NCBI RefSeq assembly: GCF_963921235.1
Contig: NC_086097.1
Location: 104,720,001 to 104,784,000 of the forward strand
Direction: 5' to 3'
Length of the DNA: 64,000 nucleotides
Source of the DNA: Mobula hypostoma
Lineage: Eukaryota
Below are positions 25,700 through 39,800 of this stretch, one piece after another (the first letter of the stretch is position 1; each line of letters opens with the position of its first letter). The notes under the pieces are model-generated. The model searched no databases and was not told the DNA's origin. It saw only the letters and a list, made by a program, of their open reading frames with translations. Made by a program: the position numbers and the translations under genes.

Positions 25700-28040
25700 T
25701 AGTTGGGAGCTGAATGTCTAAGGTTACACGTTGTATCGGAGGGATAGGAAGGCAGGCAAAGGGGATGATGTGGCTATGCTGGTAAAGAATGCCATCAGAT
25801 CAGTAGAAAGATGTAACATAGGATAAGATGTTGAAATTATGTGGGTTGAGTTTAAAAAAAAAGATGGTGGTTACATATAGGTCTCCCAACAGTAGCTGGG
25901 ATATGGATCACCGATTACAATGGGAAATACAAAAGGCATATCAAAAAGACAGTGTTTGATAGTCATGGGAGATTTCAACATGCTGATTAACTGGGGAAAA
26001 TTAGGTTGGTAATAGATTTCAGGAAAATGAGTTTGTTAAATGCCTAAATACAGATTAACTATACAGGACTGGGTGTTATGTGATGAATGAGAGGTTGATT
26101 TAGGGCGCTTAAGGTAAAAGAACCCTAAGGAGGCAGTGATCACAATATGATTGAGTTCAACTTGAAATTTGGGGGAAAAAGTGAAGTCTGATGTAGTATT
26201 ATTTCAGTGGAGTAAAGGAAATTACAGTGGTATGAGAGAGGAGTTGGCCAAAGTAAATTGGAAAGAGCTGCTGGCAGGGATGATAGCAGAGCAGCAATGG
26301 TGTGAGTTTCTGGGGAAAATGAGGAAGGTGCAGGATAGATGTATTCCAAAACCAAAGAAATACTGAAATGGCAAAATAGTATAACAGTGGCTGACAAGGG
26401 AAGTCAAAGCAAAATTAGTGGGAAGACAAGATTGGGAAGCTTTTAAAAACCTAAAGAGAGCAGCTAAAAGAATCATTTGGAGGGAAAAGATGTAACATTG
26501 AAAGCAAGCTAGCAGACAATATCAAAGAGGATAGTAAAAACTTTTTCAAGAATGTGAAAAAGTAAGAGCTGGAAGTGGATATAGGACTGCTGGAGAATGA
26601 GGCTGGAGAAATAATAACCAGGGCTAAGGAATTGCAGAAAACTAAATGAGTATTTTGCATCAGTCATCACCGTGGAAGACACTAGCAGTGTGCCAGATGT
26701 TGTAGTGTGTGAAGAAAGAGAAGTGAGTGCACTTACTATTACAGGGGAGAAGTTGCTCAAAAAGCTGAAAGACTTAAGGGTACATAAGTCACTCAGACCA
26801 GATGAACTGCACTCTAGGGTTCTGAAAGGGGTAGCGGTAGGGATTGTGGAGGCATTAGTAATGATCTTTCAAAACATTTTACTTGGGCATGGTTCCAGAG
26901 GACTGGAGACTTGCAAATGTCACTCCACTCTTTAAGAAAGGAGGAAGGCAGTAGAAAGGAAATTATAGACCTCAGTAGTTGGGAAGATATTAGACAGTTG
27001 TTAAGGATGAGGTTATGGAGTACTTGGTGACGCAGGACAAGATAGGACAAAGTCAGCATGGTTTCCTTGAGGGAAAATCTTGTCTGACATGTTGTTGGAA
27101 TTCTTTGGGGAGATTACAAATAGGACAGATAAAGTGGATGTAGTATATTTAGACATTCAGAAGACCTTTGACAAGGTGCCATACGTGAGACTGCTTACCA
27201 AGTTAAAGAACCCATGGAATTACAGGAAAGTTGCTAACATGGTTAGAGCATTGGCTGATAGGTAAGAGGCAGCGAGTGTGAATAAAAAGATCCTCTTGTG
27301 GTTGGCTGCCAGTGACTAGTGCTGTTCCACAAGGATCAGTGTTGGGACTGCTTTTTATGCTGTATATCAATGAATTAGATGATGGAGTAGGTGGCTAATT
27401 CTGAAGGTCACTAGTTCGAGCCTCAGTTGTGGCAGCATGTTTTTGTCCTTGAGCAAGGCACTTAACCACACATTGCTCTAGTGTCTGTGAGGAGTGGCGC
27501 CCCACACAGATTTTCAATCTGCGCCTTGTAAGGCATGAAAATGCCTGACGCAGGTCTCTCATGGTCTGAGTTGACGTTCCCTCCCCCATACGAGGAACAG
27601 TTGATAGCTCTGGGTCTCGTTGGAATTTGGAAGGATGGCGGGGGGGGGGGAAGGTATCTCTTTCAAACCTTATGAATGTTAAAAGGCCTAGACAGTAGAT
27701 GTGGAAAGGAAGTTTCCCATGGTGGGGGAGTCTAGGACGAGGGCACAGGCTCAGGATAGAGGGGCCTCCATTTAAAACAGAGATGCAGAAAAATTTCTTT
27801 AGCCAGAGGGTGGTGAATTTGTGGAATTTATTACTACAGGCAGCTGTGGAGACCAGGTCGTTGGATGTATTTAAGGCAGAGATTGATAGGTTCTTGATTG
27901 GACACATCATGAAAGGTTAGGAGGTGAAGGCTGGGGAGTGGAGCTGAGGTGGGGGAAATAAAAGTTCAGCTGTGATTGAATGGCAGAGCAGACTCGATGG
28001 GCTAAATGACCTAATTCTATTCCTATGTCTTATGGTCTTA
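25700..28040 (+). mobile_element. CR1-type LINE ORF2, decayed
   Basis: Endonuclease remnants, KGNYSGMREEL, DVVYLDIQKTFDKVP, FFSQRVVNLWN, TCTTATGG tail. Confidence 0.88.
27400..27587 (+). mobile_element. SINE head type A, 5'-truncated, with (CCCT)-ending tail
   Basis: B box and CORE-like body nearly identical to 3511-3587; the tail recurs at 63664-63751. Confidence 0.8.
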
Positions 28041-28609
28041 TTTAATATTTACTATTAAATTATTTATCTTCAGTAAACTGCCCACAGTGTCTCAGTAAAT
28101 GTGGAGTTCGGAGTTCATCAGCGTGCATAAAGACTCTTGTTTGAAGGTGTAAGGGGAGGGGGCTTTTGAACCCCAGCTATGCTTTTTGCATGCATACATT
28201 TAGGAGTTTGTCAGATTGTCAAATATATTGCCTGGCTGTTAACAACTCCTGGATCCCTGTAAGGTCTATTTCTCTTCAGCTGGAAACATTTGCTTATTTG
28301 TTGCAAGAAAACATAAGAGGTGGAATCTCCTCATAACTCTTCTCCTGTTTAAGAGGACCATGGGTGATCTTGTAGCTCTGCAGCAATTCAGTGCAGTAAC
28401 CCAATATCCCCTAATTTACCCCTAATATTTAAAAAATTATTGATTTGTCTTGAATATATTCAGCAACAGAGACTCCAACATTCTCATGTAGAAAATTCCA
28501 AAAGAATCATTCCACCAGTGGATGAAGAAAATCTTCATCTGACTACTTTTTGAAACCATGACACTTTTGATTAAAGACACGCTAACTTTCAACTCTACAT
28601 CTGACTTCT

Positions 28610-28985
28610 GAGTAAACAGTGGATGTGTCGGGCCAAGAACTTGGAAAAAAGAGCTGAAAAGTCAGAGTGGGGGGAAGGGAGGAAGGTAGTAAGTGATAGG
28701 TGAAACCTGGAGAAGGGATTGTTGATTGTGAAAGAGATGAAGGGCTGGAGAAGGGAGAATCTGATGGGAGAGGATGGAAGGCTATAGAAGAAAGGGAGGG
28801 AAGGGGGAGAAGCACCAGAAAGAGCTGATGGGCAAGTAAGGAGATGAGATGAAAGATGGGAATGGTGAAAGAGAGGGAGAGAGCAGTTACCAGAAGCTTG
28901 AGAAATCGATGTTTATGCCATCAGGTTGGAGGCTGCCCAGATGGAATAAGGTGTTGCACCTCCAACCTGAGTGTGACCTCATCTC
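28610..28985 (-). mobile_element. Penelope-like element fragment (GIY-YIG C-terminus + pLTR)
   Basis: Minus strand gives RLEVQHL../HLGSLQPDGINIDFSSF, like the Penelope endonuclease C-terminus, followed by a pyrimidine-rich pLTR. Confidence 0.7.
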
Positions 28986-29454
28986 TTATTGCATGAGAGA
29001 CCCTCATACCTTTTGTACCTTCTGCCCAATGAGAAAAGAGAGGATGTCCAGGATGGATGGGACTTTGATTGATTTGGCTGCTTTCCTGAGGCAGCACTGT
29101 ATAGATGAGTAGTTGGAAGGCGGGTTAGTTTACATGCTGGACTGGGCCACTTGCAGAACTTTCTGTAATTTCTTGTGCTGTTGGGTAGATCAGTTCAACT
29201 GATAAAGACCGGGAAATGGCAGTAACATCTGCTTATTTTGAGACACTTACATGATCAATGGTTGGAATCATTTCCCAAGGGTGGAAATGTCAAAACACTA
29301 GAGGGTGTAGCTTTATGGTGGGAGGGGGAAATTTTAAAGGAGATTTTACACTGCAGTGGGTGACTAGAACATGCTACTATGGGAGGTTCTAGAAGCAAAT
29401 CTAGCAATGTTTGGGCAGTATCAATGTGAGTGTTGCATTTGACACCAGCCAGTT

Positions 29455-29597
29455 CTTTGTTAGTCCTGACGAAGGGTCTCGGCCTGAAACGTCGACTGCA
29501 CCTCTTCCTACAGATGCTGCCTGGCCATCAAAGTTCACCAGCAACTTTGATGTGTGTTGCTTGAATTTCCAGCATCTGCAGAATTCCTGTTGTTTGC
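29455..29597 (+). mobile_element. Penelope-like pLTR fragment
   Basis: Hammerhead motif followed by GATGCTGCCTGGCC...CCAGCATCTGCAGA, shared in reverse with 30170-30280. Confidence 0.8.
29461..29498 (+). ncRNA. Minimal type I hammerhead ribozyme (Penelope-associated)
   Basis: Stem I AGTC/GACT, core CTGACGA (29466-29472), stem II AGG/CCT, GAAA (29486-29489), palindromic mini stem III ACGT, cleavage triplet GTC (29491-29493). Confidence 0.8.
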
Positions 29598-30169
29598 AGT
29601 TCTTTGCATGTTTTCTTCTAGTTGATTTTGTTATTACCTGTGTCAACGAATAAAATGTGTCTTTATTCATTTTGTGGATTCTCAATATTGCGATAAGGAC
29701 AGTATTTGTTGCCTATTTGGGAAATTGGAGAACCACTTTGAACCACTGAAGTCTTTCTGTTTCAGTTACTTGTACGGTTTTACCTTGGTTAGGTAGTTAC
29801 TTTTCACTTTGAATGCAGTAGTAATAGTACAGGTGAGTGGCTTGTTAGGCCATTTTACAATGATAATGTGACATGGGTCTGAAGCTACATTGGACAGACT
29901 TGTAAGGATGGTGTACTTACCCTCCTGACATGGTTGTTTATGACAGTCTGCTTGTTATAAGTTTTAAACTCTGCTCTCTGGATTTTCAGTCTGTGCAAAT
30001 TATATAACAAGTGCACTGAAAGCAATAGGAGAGAAGTTAATCCTTTTGTGGCCCCCCTTAATGAACAGCAATGTGTTGAATGACTTGTTGATCTGTTTTG
30101 CTAATGATCAGGGACAAATGTTTGGTAATATGTTAAATGTGCTTTCTTCTCGATAAACAATTCCATTAC

Positions 30170-30280
30170 CAACAAGAGAAAATCTGCAGATACTGGAAAT
30201 CCAAGCAACACACAAAATGTTGGAGGAACTCAGCAGGTCAAGCAGCATCTATGGAAAAGAGTACAGTTGATATTTGGGGC
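30170..30280 (-). mobile_element. Penelope-like pLTR fragment
   Basis: Reverse-complement similarity to 29490-29597. Confidence 0.7.
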
Positions 30281-30284
30281 CTTA

Positions 30285-30615
30285 AGGTCACCACCCCCAA
30301 TTACTACCCAGTCCCAAACTTACAAGAACGTTTAGCTGGCAAGTCAATTTTTTCCAAAGTCGATTTAGTTGGGGGCTACTATCAGGTGCATATGTGCTCA
30401 GAGAACATTCCCGAAACAGCAGTGATAACCCTGTTTGGCCTCTTTGAGCTTCTGTGCATGCCGCTTGGGCTGAGAGATGCACAGACTTTCCAAACGGCTG
30501 ATAGAGTCTGTTAAAAAATAATGGACTTCCTTTTGTTTGTGTAGATGACATGGTTGTTGCCAGAGCATCCAAATCTAAATATGTATCCCGTCTCCGCACA
30601 CTTTTCAAACACTTA
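30285..30615 (+). mobile_element. Gypsy reverse transcriptase fragment
   Basis: YPVPNL...IFSKVDLVGGYYQV...TAVITLFGLFELLCMPLGL...QTFQ followed by a VDD-like motif. Confidence 0.8.
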
Positions 30616-30616
30616 A

Positions 30617-32020
30617 GACCATAAGATACAGGAGCAGAATTAGGCCATCTGGCCCATTGAGTCTGCTGTGCGATTCAATCATGGCTGATCCTCTTTCCCC
30701 CCTCCTCAGCCCACTCCCTGGCCTTCTCCCCGTAACCTTTGATGCCGTGGCTAATCAAGAACCTATCAACCTCTGACTTAAATACATCCAATGACCTGGC
30801 TTCCACTGTTGTCAGCGGTAAAAACATTCCACAAATTCACCACCCTCTGGCTAAAGAAATTTCTCCACATCTGTTTTAAATGAATGCCCCAGTCTAAGTC
30901 CTTCTGCAGCCTTCCTTTTTCCTCAACGCTACCTGCCCATCCACCAGTCTTTGTATCAGCTGCAAACTTGACAGCAAAGCCAAAAATTCCATCACCTAAA
31001 TCATTGATACACAGTATAAAAAGAAGTGGTCCCAACACCGACCCCTACGAGACATCACTTGTCACTGGCAGTCAACAAGAAATGGATCCTTTTATTCCCA
31101 CTCCTGCCTCCTACCAATCAGCCAGTAACTTTCCTGTAATACTATGGCTCTCCCTGATAACAAGATGTGTCCAGCTACAACTACTCACAAACTTTGTTAG
31201 GGAATTGTAGCTGCAGCTGGGTGGCTTTTGGCACAAACGGGAATTGTAAGGTGATGGGAGATACAGGGAGGGAGTTACCTCTATGTTATAGTAGGCAGGT
31301 AGCAACCCTAGTTTCCTGCCTTCTCTGAGTAACCTTTGACAACCTTACTAATCAAGAACCTGTTAGCCTCTGCTTTAAATATACCAATGACTTGTCCTCC
31401 ATAGCTGTCTGTAACGACAAATTCTACACATTCACCACCCTCTACTTAAAGAAATTTTTCCTCATCTCTGTTCTAAAGGAAGTCCTTCCATGGCTGTGCC
31501 CTCTGGCCCAAGACTAACCCCAGTTTAGGAAACATCCTCTTCACGGCCACTGTATCTAGGGCTTTCAATATTTGATGGGTTTCAGTGAGATCCACACCTC
31601 ATTCTAATAAACTCCAGTAAGTACAGGCACAGAACCATCAAATGTTACTTGTACATTAACTTTTCAATTCTCAAAATAATTTTCGTGAGCCTCCTCTAGA
31701 CTATCTGCAATGGCAGCACATTCTTTTTACCCAAAACTGCTCATCACATTCCAAGTGTTATCTGACCAATGCTATACAAAGCCTTAGTATCCCACCCTTG
31801 CTTTTATATTCTAGTCCTCTCGAAATGAATGCTAAGGTAGCATTTGCCAGCCTTATCACCAATTCAACCTGCAAGTTAACCTTTAGGGAATCCTGCACAA
31901 AGACTCCCAAGTCCCTTTGCACCTCTGACTTCTGAATTTGCTTCCCTGTTTAGAAAGTAGTTTGTGACTTTATTCCTTCAACAAAAATGCCTAACCAGAC
32001 ACTTCCCTATACTCTATTCA
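30617..32020 (-). mobile_element. Two decayed CR1-type 3' fragments
   Basis: LGPLLFILCINDL...KFAADTK, FFSQRVVNLWN; tail AGACCATAAGA on the + strand. Confidence 0.8.
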
Positions 32021-32069
32021 TGGCAACTTATGAATATAAGGAAGGACAAGCCAACGATTGTTTACAAAT

Positions 32070-34960
32070 GCAGACAGAGCAAAGTTTAAATTGTACCACA
32101 AAGGCAAAATGCAAAGAATGTAGGACGGAAGGTGCTGTATTTAAATGTGAGTAGCATTCGTAATCGGGTGGGTAAACTTGTAGCCCAATTACGGATTGGT
32201 CAGTATGACATTCTGAGTAGCACTGAGTTGTGGCTGAAAGAAGGCCATAGTTGGGAGCTTAACATCAATGGATATACTTGAATTGAAAGGACAGGCAGGA
32301 AGGCATAGGTGCTGGTGTGGTTCTGTTGTTAAGAGATGGAATTACATCTTTAGAGTCAGAATCTTTCTGGGTGAAGTTAAGAAACTGCAAGGGTTAAAGA
32401 ACCATTATGGGAATCATATATAGGCCTCCAAATACTAGCCAAGATGTGGGGTTGAGATTGCAAAGGAAGCTGGAATGGACATGTAATAAGGGCATTGACA
32501 CTATTGTAATGGGGGATTTCAATATCCAAGGGAATTTGGAAAACCAGGTTGGTGTCGGATCGCAAGAGAGAAAATTTGTAAAATGCCTGCAAGATGGCTT
32601 TTGCGCGTGAGCCTACTAGAGGAAAGGCCATCTTAGATTGGGTGTTGTGTGATAACCTCGATTTTATTAGTTGCTGAACGTAAATTGGATGTTGTATAAT
32701 AACCCAGATCTTATTAGGGAGCTTAACATAATGGAATCCTTAAGAGGCAGTGATCATAATATAATTGAATTTGTACTGCAATTTGAGAGGGAGAAGCATA
32801 AGGCACATTTATCAGTATTGCAATGGAGTAAGGGGAATTACAGAGGCATGAGAGAGAGAAGTTTGGCCAGGTGGATTGGAGGGGAATACTGGTAGGGATA
32901 ACAGCGGAAAAGAGGTGGCTGAGGTTTCCGTGAATAGTTCACAAGGCACAGGATAGATATGACCCACAGAAGTTCTCAAGTTGCAGGGGTAGGCAACCTT
33001 GGCTGACAAGGGAAGTTAATGACTGCATAAAAGCCAAGGTAGCAGAAGTGAGTGGGAAGTTGGATGGTTGTGAAGTTATTAAAATCCAACAAAAGGCAAC
33101 TAAAATAGCTTACAAGAAGGGAAAAGGTTGAGGGAAAAGCTGATAATATAAAGCAGGATACTCAAAGTATTTTCATTTTTTTTTTCAGAATAAAAGGGAG
33201 GTGTGAGTTGATTTTGGAGCACTGGAAAATGATGCTGGTGAGGTAGTAATGGGGCCATAGAAATGGCAGATGAACTTAAGTACTTTGCTCCAGTCTTTAC
33301 CGTGGAAGACATTAGCTGTATGCAAGAGGTCCGTGAGTGTCGGAGCAGGAGTGAGTGCTGTTGCTATTACAAAGGAAAAAGTGCTAGGCACCCTCAATGG
33401 TCCAGGTGATGTATCCACCTGAAGACCTGATGGACTGCATCTCAGAGTCCTGGGAGAGGTTGCTGAAGAAATAATGGATGATCTTTCCAGAATCGCGTGA
33501 TTCTGGCATGGTTCCGGAGGACTAGAAAATTGAAAATGTCACTCCACTCTGTAAGAAGAGAGGAAGACAAAAGGAAGGGAATTATTGGCCAATTAGCCTC
33601 ACCTCAGTGGTTGGGAAAGTGTTGGAGTCCATTATTAAGGACAAGGCTTCTGGGTACTTGGAGACTAGTGATAAAATAAGTCAAAGTCAACATGGTTTCT
33701 GTAAAGGGAAATCTTGCCTAACAAATCTGTTGGAATTCTTCAAGAAAGTAACAAGCAAGGTAGACAAGGGAAAGACAGTGAATGTTATTTACTTGGATTT
33801 TCAGAAGATATGTTTGATAAGGTGCATCACATAAGACTGCTTAACAAGATAAAATCCTGTGGTGTTACAGGAAAGACACTGGCATGGACAGAGGGATGGC
33901 TGACAGGCAGGAGGCAGTGAGTGGGAATAAAAGGGGCTTTTTCTGATTGCCTGCCAGTGATGACTGGTGTTCCTTATGGGTCAGTATTGGGACACCTACT
34001 TTTCACATTGTTTGTCAATGATTTAGATAATGGAATTGATGGCTTTGTGGCAAAGTTTGCGGATGATACAAAGATAGGTGGAGAGCTAGGTGGTGCTGAG
34101 GAATACGTGTGATTGCAGCAGGACTTGGACAAATTGGAAGAATGGACAAAAATGGCAGATGGAATACAGTGTTGGGAAATGTATGATGCATTTTGGTAAA
34201 AGGAACAATAGTGCAGACTATTATCTAAAATCAGGAAAAAAATTCAAACATCAGAGGTGCAAAGGGAGTTAGGAGTCCTCATGCAAGACTCCCAGAAGGT
34301 TAATTTGCTGGTTTAATCTGTTGTAAAGAAGGCAAATGCAATTTTGGCATTTATTTCAAGGGGAATAGAATATAGGCGATAATGCTGAGGCTTTATAAGA
34401 CACTAGTCAGACTGCACTTGGAGTATTGTCAACAGTTTTGGGCCCCATATCTCAGAAAGGATGTATTGTCATTGGAGAGATTCCAGAGAAGATTCATGAG
34501 GATGATTCTGGGAATGAAGGGGTTAACATATGAGGAGGGTTTGGCAGCTTTAGGCCTGGACTCACTGGAATTTAGAAGAATGCAGGAGGATCTCATTGAA
34601 ACTTACTGGATGTTGAAAGGAGTAGATAAGATGGATATAGAGAGTATGTTTCCTTTGGTGGGGGGTATCCAGAACTAGAGGGCACAGCCTCAGAATTGAG
34701 GGGTGACCTTTAGAACAGAAGTAAGGAGGAATTTTTTTTTTAGCCAATGAATGGTATATCTGTGGAATGCTCTGCCACAGACTGCTGTGAAGGCAAGTCC
34801 ATTTTATATATTCAAAGCAGAAGTTGATAGATTCCTGATTGGTCTTGGCATCGAGGGCTCTGGTGAGAGGGCAGGTGAATGGGATCAGGGATCAGCCATG
34901 ATGAAATGGCAGAGCAGACTTGATGGTCTGAATGGCCTAATTCTGCTCCTATGGTCTTAT
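32070..34960 (+). mobile_element. CR1-type LINE ORF2, decayed
   Basis: GIIYRPPN...VMGDFN, GSDHN, SQHGFCKGKSCLTNLLEFF, KFADDTKIGG, LVRLHLEYCQQFWAP. Confidence 0.92.
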
Positions 34961-35274
34961 CGAACCCCTGCTTTTTAACGCTACCTGCCCCTGCATTTGT
35001 CTTTGTATTCTCTGCAAATGTGGCACAGAGCCATCAATTTCATCATCCAGATCATTGACATATAACGTGAAAAAAGGTCCCGACATTCCCAACTGTGAAA
35101 TGCCACTGGCAGCCAACTGGAAAAGCCCCTTGTCTTCACAATGTTAGCCTTTTGCCAGTTGGCTAATCTATCCATATTAGTACCATTCCTGTAATACAAT
35201 GGACTCTTATTTTGTTTTCTATTGTATTTTTTTTTATTTTCCTGTGAATGCCTGCAATAAAGTGAATCTCAAGG

Positions 35275-36018
35275 TAGTGTATTCCAGTCAATTAGACCAT
35301 CGGTTAATTGGGACAGGCACTTGCTTTGGACAACTCTTAAAGACAAAAACTTACTAAGAAAATAGTGGTGTTTCCTTTAACTTATTTGGGACACTATGCT
35401 TCTTAATTGGAACAGGATACTGTTGCCAAACAGTTTCTAACTAGCCTGCACGTGTGTGGCTATTAGACACTACACCATGCTTAGAGCAAACAGTTTTCAA
35501 ATAGCGTCATTTGTGTTCAAAAAGCAGTGATATTTGTCACTGGTCAGCAAGAAATAATTTGGAACTGTTTTGCTCACTGTGTTTTCAAGCATTCAGGTTT
35601 GGAGATGCCTGAAACTGCCAGGAGTGAAAATAAAGCAATTTCACTAATTCAAGTTAGGATCTGTGAAGAATTTGAAGGTATTAGCAATAATTTTGAATTT
35701 ACAATGGAAATGAAGATTTGGAGGATGCGATCCTCAAAAGCATTGCATGAAGGCATATCTGTAATAGGTGTCTAGGCTGACTTTGTTCATTTACATTCAG
35801 TCAACACTGTACACTGGACAATTCCTCTGTCTTTCAACTATTAGGAGCTAATAACAGTTTGATACTAGTATAGTAATATTGGTAGTCTTCTAATTTGTTC
35901 TGTATTTTTGATGCTATTCAGTTTGTCTTTTATACCTTTTTAACTATTTTCATGAATTGCCACTTAATTGGGTCAAAATGTACTGGTCCTGTATGATCTG
36001 GTTAACTAGAATCTATTG
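35275..36018 (+). mobile_element. Tigger/pogo-like non-autonomous DNA transposon
   Basis: Degenerate TIRs (..ATTCCAGTCAATT / GTTAACTAGAATCTATTG-TA), transposase C-terminal relic WNCFAHCVFK; inverted copy at 61457. Confidence 0.7.
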
Positions 36019-36199
36019 TAAACATATTTGATACTAAATTTACTTTGTGCACAATGACTGCCTGCTGTGGCTCTTCTACTTGACAGTTGAAGAGGCTGCT
36101 CACAATTTCTAGATCTACATCTCTGAACTACTATTGGTGCAATCTGCATGGCAGTATTTTCCCTTTTGAGTAACTTACTTTTTAAATATCTTAATAAAC

Positions 36200-36894
36200 T
36201 AGTGATTTTACAATATCATGAAGGACTTGGCAGACTCGACCCTGGAATGTAGGTATAAAGCGGACAAAGGTATATTGCCATGGTCGGAAGAGGGAGGAGG
36301 GGAGATCTCCAAGCCAAACTAAAATGGAAGGGTGTAAAGCTGCCTGTGCACAGTATCTTGTTAGCAAATGTATAGTCTACCTGATGCTTTTCAAATCATT
36401 GCCAGAGACTTCAGTCAGGCTTGCCTGAAGAAATCTCTGCTTAATTGTCATCAACATATCACATCCAGCACCAGAGGTGCTTGACCTCTGCTATACTGGT
36501 ATAAGGAATGCCTGTCAATCCATCCCCGATTGCATTTTGTGAAATCTGATAATCTAGCTGTCCTCCTCTTACCTGTATACAGGCAGATGCTAAAGAGCAA
36601 GACTCCAAAGGTAAGACAATGAAGAGGTGGTTGTAGGAGGTAGAGGAGTGGCAGCTGGGCTGTGTTCGAGAACTGAGGATCCAGTTGTCATGGACATTAT
36701 AAAGTTAGTCATGGATAAATGTGTCTTTCCTCCCCACAAAATCACTTGGTCTTGCCCAACCAAAAGCACTGGATGAACCAAGAAATCATCAGTATGCTGA
36801 GGGTCAGATTAGTGGTGTTCAGGTCAAGTAAAATACAAGAGGTCCAGACATGACCTCTGGCAATTCTGGACTAAACTGGGATCACAAAAGGATG
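36200..36894 (+). mobile_element. Old Rex1/Babar-type LINE fragment, resumes at ~39961-40040 after the CR1 insertion
   Basis: LPVHSILLANV-like N-terminus, KSDNLAVLLLP, PNQKHW; the continuation gives LWQGLNAITSYK. Confidence 0.6.
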
Positions 36895-39800
36895 AAGCAT
36901 AGAAACACTACAGCACAATACAGGCCCTTCAGCCCACAACGTTGTGCCAAACATGTACATACTTTAGAAATTACCTAGGGTTACCCATAGCCCTCTATTT
37001 TTCTAAGCTCCACGAAGCTATCCAAGAGTCTTAAAAGACCTTATCGTATCCACCTTTACCACCATAGCTGGCAGCCCATTCCATGGACTCGCCACTTTCT
37101 GCGTGTATGTGTATGTGTGTGTGTATATATATATAAAAAATTACCCCAACATCTCCTCTGTACTTACCTCCAAGCACTTTAAAACTGTGCCCTCTCATGA
37201 TAGAAATTTCAGCCCTGAAAAAAAGCCTCTGACTATCCACACGAGCAATGTCTCCCACCTCTATCAGATCATCTCTCCTCCTCTGCCACTCCAAGGAGAA
37301 AAGGCCAAGTTCACTCAACCTATTCTTGTACGGCATGCTCCCCAATCCAGGCAACATCCTTGTAAATATCCTCTGCACCCTTTCTGAAGTTTCCAGATCC
37401 TTCCTGTAGTGAGGAGACCAGAACTGAGCACAGTACTCCAAGTGGGCCTGACCAGGGTCCTACATAGCTGTAACATTACCTCTCAACTCCTAAACTCAAT
37501 CCCACGGTTGATGAATGCCAATGCCCCTAATCCCTTCTGAACCACAAGTCCACCTGCGCAGCAGCTTTGATTGTCCTATGGACTCGAACCACAAGATCCC
37601 TCTGATCCTCCACACTGCCAAGAGTCTTACTATTAATACTATATTCTGCCATCATATTTGACCTACTAAAATGAACCACCTCACACTTACCTGGGTTGAA
37701 CTCCATCTGCCACTTCTCAGCCCAGTTTTGCATCCTATTGATGTCCTGCTGTAACCTCTGACAACTCTTCCCCCCCCCGGTACAATCCACAACACCCCCA
37801 ACCTTTGTGTCATCAGCAAATTACTAACCCATCCCTCCACTTCCTCATCCAGGTCATTTATAAAAATCACGAAGAGAAGGGGTCCGAGATCAGATCCCTG
37901 AGGCACACCACTGGTCAACGACCTCCATGCAGAATGTGGCCCATCTATAATCACTCTTGGCCTTCTGTGAACAAGCCAGTTCTGGATCCACAAAGCAAGG
38001 TCCCCTTGGATCCCATGCCTCCTTACTTTCTCAATAAGCCTGGCATGGGGTACCTTATCAAATGCCTTGCTGAAATCCATATACACTACATCTCCAGCTC
38101 TACCTTCGTCAACGTGTTTTGTCACATCCTCAAAAAATTCAATCAGGCTCTAAGGCACAACCTGCCTTTGACAAAGCTATGCTGACGATCCCTAATCATA
38201 TTATGCCTCGCCAAATGTTCATAAATCCTGCTTCTCAGGATCTCCTCCATCAACTTGCCAACCACTGAAGTAAGACTCACTGGTCTATAATTTCCTGGGC
38301 TATCTCTACTCCCTTTCTCGAATAAGGGGACAACATCTGCAACTCCTCCCGTCCCCAATGATTATGCAAAGCTCATCAGAGGCTCAGCAACTTCCTCCCT
38401 CGCCTCCCACAGTAGCCTGAGGTACATCTCGTCTGGTCCTGGAGACCTATCTAACTTGATGCTTTCCAAAAGCTCCAGCACACTCTCTTTCTTAATGTCT
38501 ATATGTTCAAGCTTTTCAATCCGCTGTAAGTCATCCCTACAATCGCCAAGATCCTTTTCTGTAGTGAATACTGAAGCAAAGTATTCATTAAATAACTCTG
38601 CTATCTCCTCTGGTTCCATACACACTTTTCCACTGTCACACTTGATTGGTGGTCCTATTCTCTCATGTCTTATCTTCTTGCTCTTCATATACTTGTAGAA
38701 TGCCTTGGAGTTTTCTTTAATACTGCTCGCCAAGGTCTTCTTATGGCCCCTTCTGGCTCTCCTGATTTCATTCTTAAGCTCCTTCCTGAAGAAGAAGAAG
38801 AAGAAAGCCGAGTGGAGTCATCGGGACGCTGTCATGACGGCGTTTTTTTCAGCAGGCTTTCTTATTTTTACGAGGCCAAGTTGCTAGCTCGACGCTCAAC
38901 CCAGCACAGTTGGAAAGTGTGCAAGGAAGCTGGCTATATTCGAACTTGGGAGCCTTCGCTCCAAAGTCCGGCGCTGATGCCACTACGCCACCAGCCGGCC
39001 TAAGCTCCTTCCTGCTAGCCTCATAATCTTCTAGATCTCCATCATTATCTAGTTGTTTTTGTTTGAACCTTTCGTAAACTTTTCTTCTTGACTAGATTTT
39101 ACAGAGCCTTTGTACACCACTGTTCTTGTAACCTACCATCCTTTCCCTGTCTCATTGGAACATACCTATTCAGAACGCCACACAGATATCCCCTGAATGT
39201 TTGCTACATTTCTGTAGTACATTTCCCCGAGAACATCTGTTACGAATTTATGCTTCCAATTTCCTGCCCATTAGCTTCATATTTCCCCTTACTCCAATTA
39301 AACGCTTTACTAATTTGTCTGTTCCTATCCCCCTCCAATGCTATGGTAAAGGAGATAGAATTTTGATCACTATCTCTAAAATGCTGTCCCACTGAGAGAC
39401 CTGACACCTGACCAGGTTCATTTCCCAATACCAGATCAAGTGCACCCTTTCCTCTTGTCGGCTTATGTACATATTGTGTCAGGAAACCTTCCTGACACAC
39501 CTCTCAAACTCCACCCCATCTTAAACCCCTTGCTCTGGCTAGAGGCCAATCAATATTTGGGAAATTAAAATCTCCCACCACAACGACCCTGTTATTATTA
39601 CACCTCTCCAGAATCTGTCTCCCTATCTGCTTCTCGATGTCCCTGTTACTATTGGGTGGTCTATATTAAAAGAAAAACTCAGTAGAGTTATTGAACCCTT
39701 CCTGTTTCTAACTTCCACCCACAGAAACTCAGTAGACAATCCTCCATGACTTCCTCCTTTTCTGCAGCCCTGTCACTATCTCTGATCAGCAGTGCCATGC

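Noticed and set aside
28612..28645. Second hammerhead in the minus-strand Penelope piece (also near 30260)
   Set aside because: CUGANGA core missing and GAAA mutated
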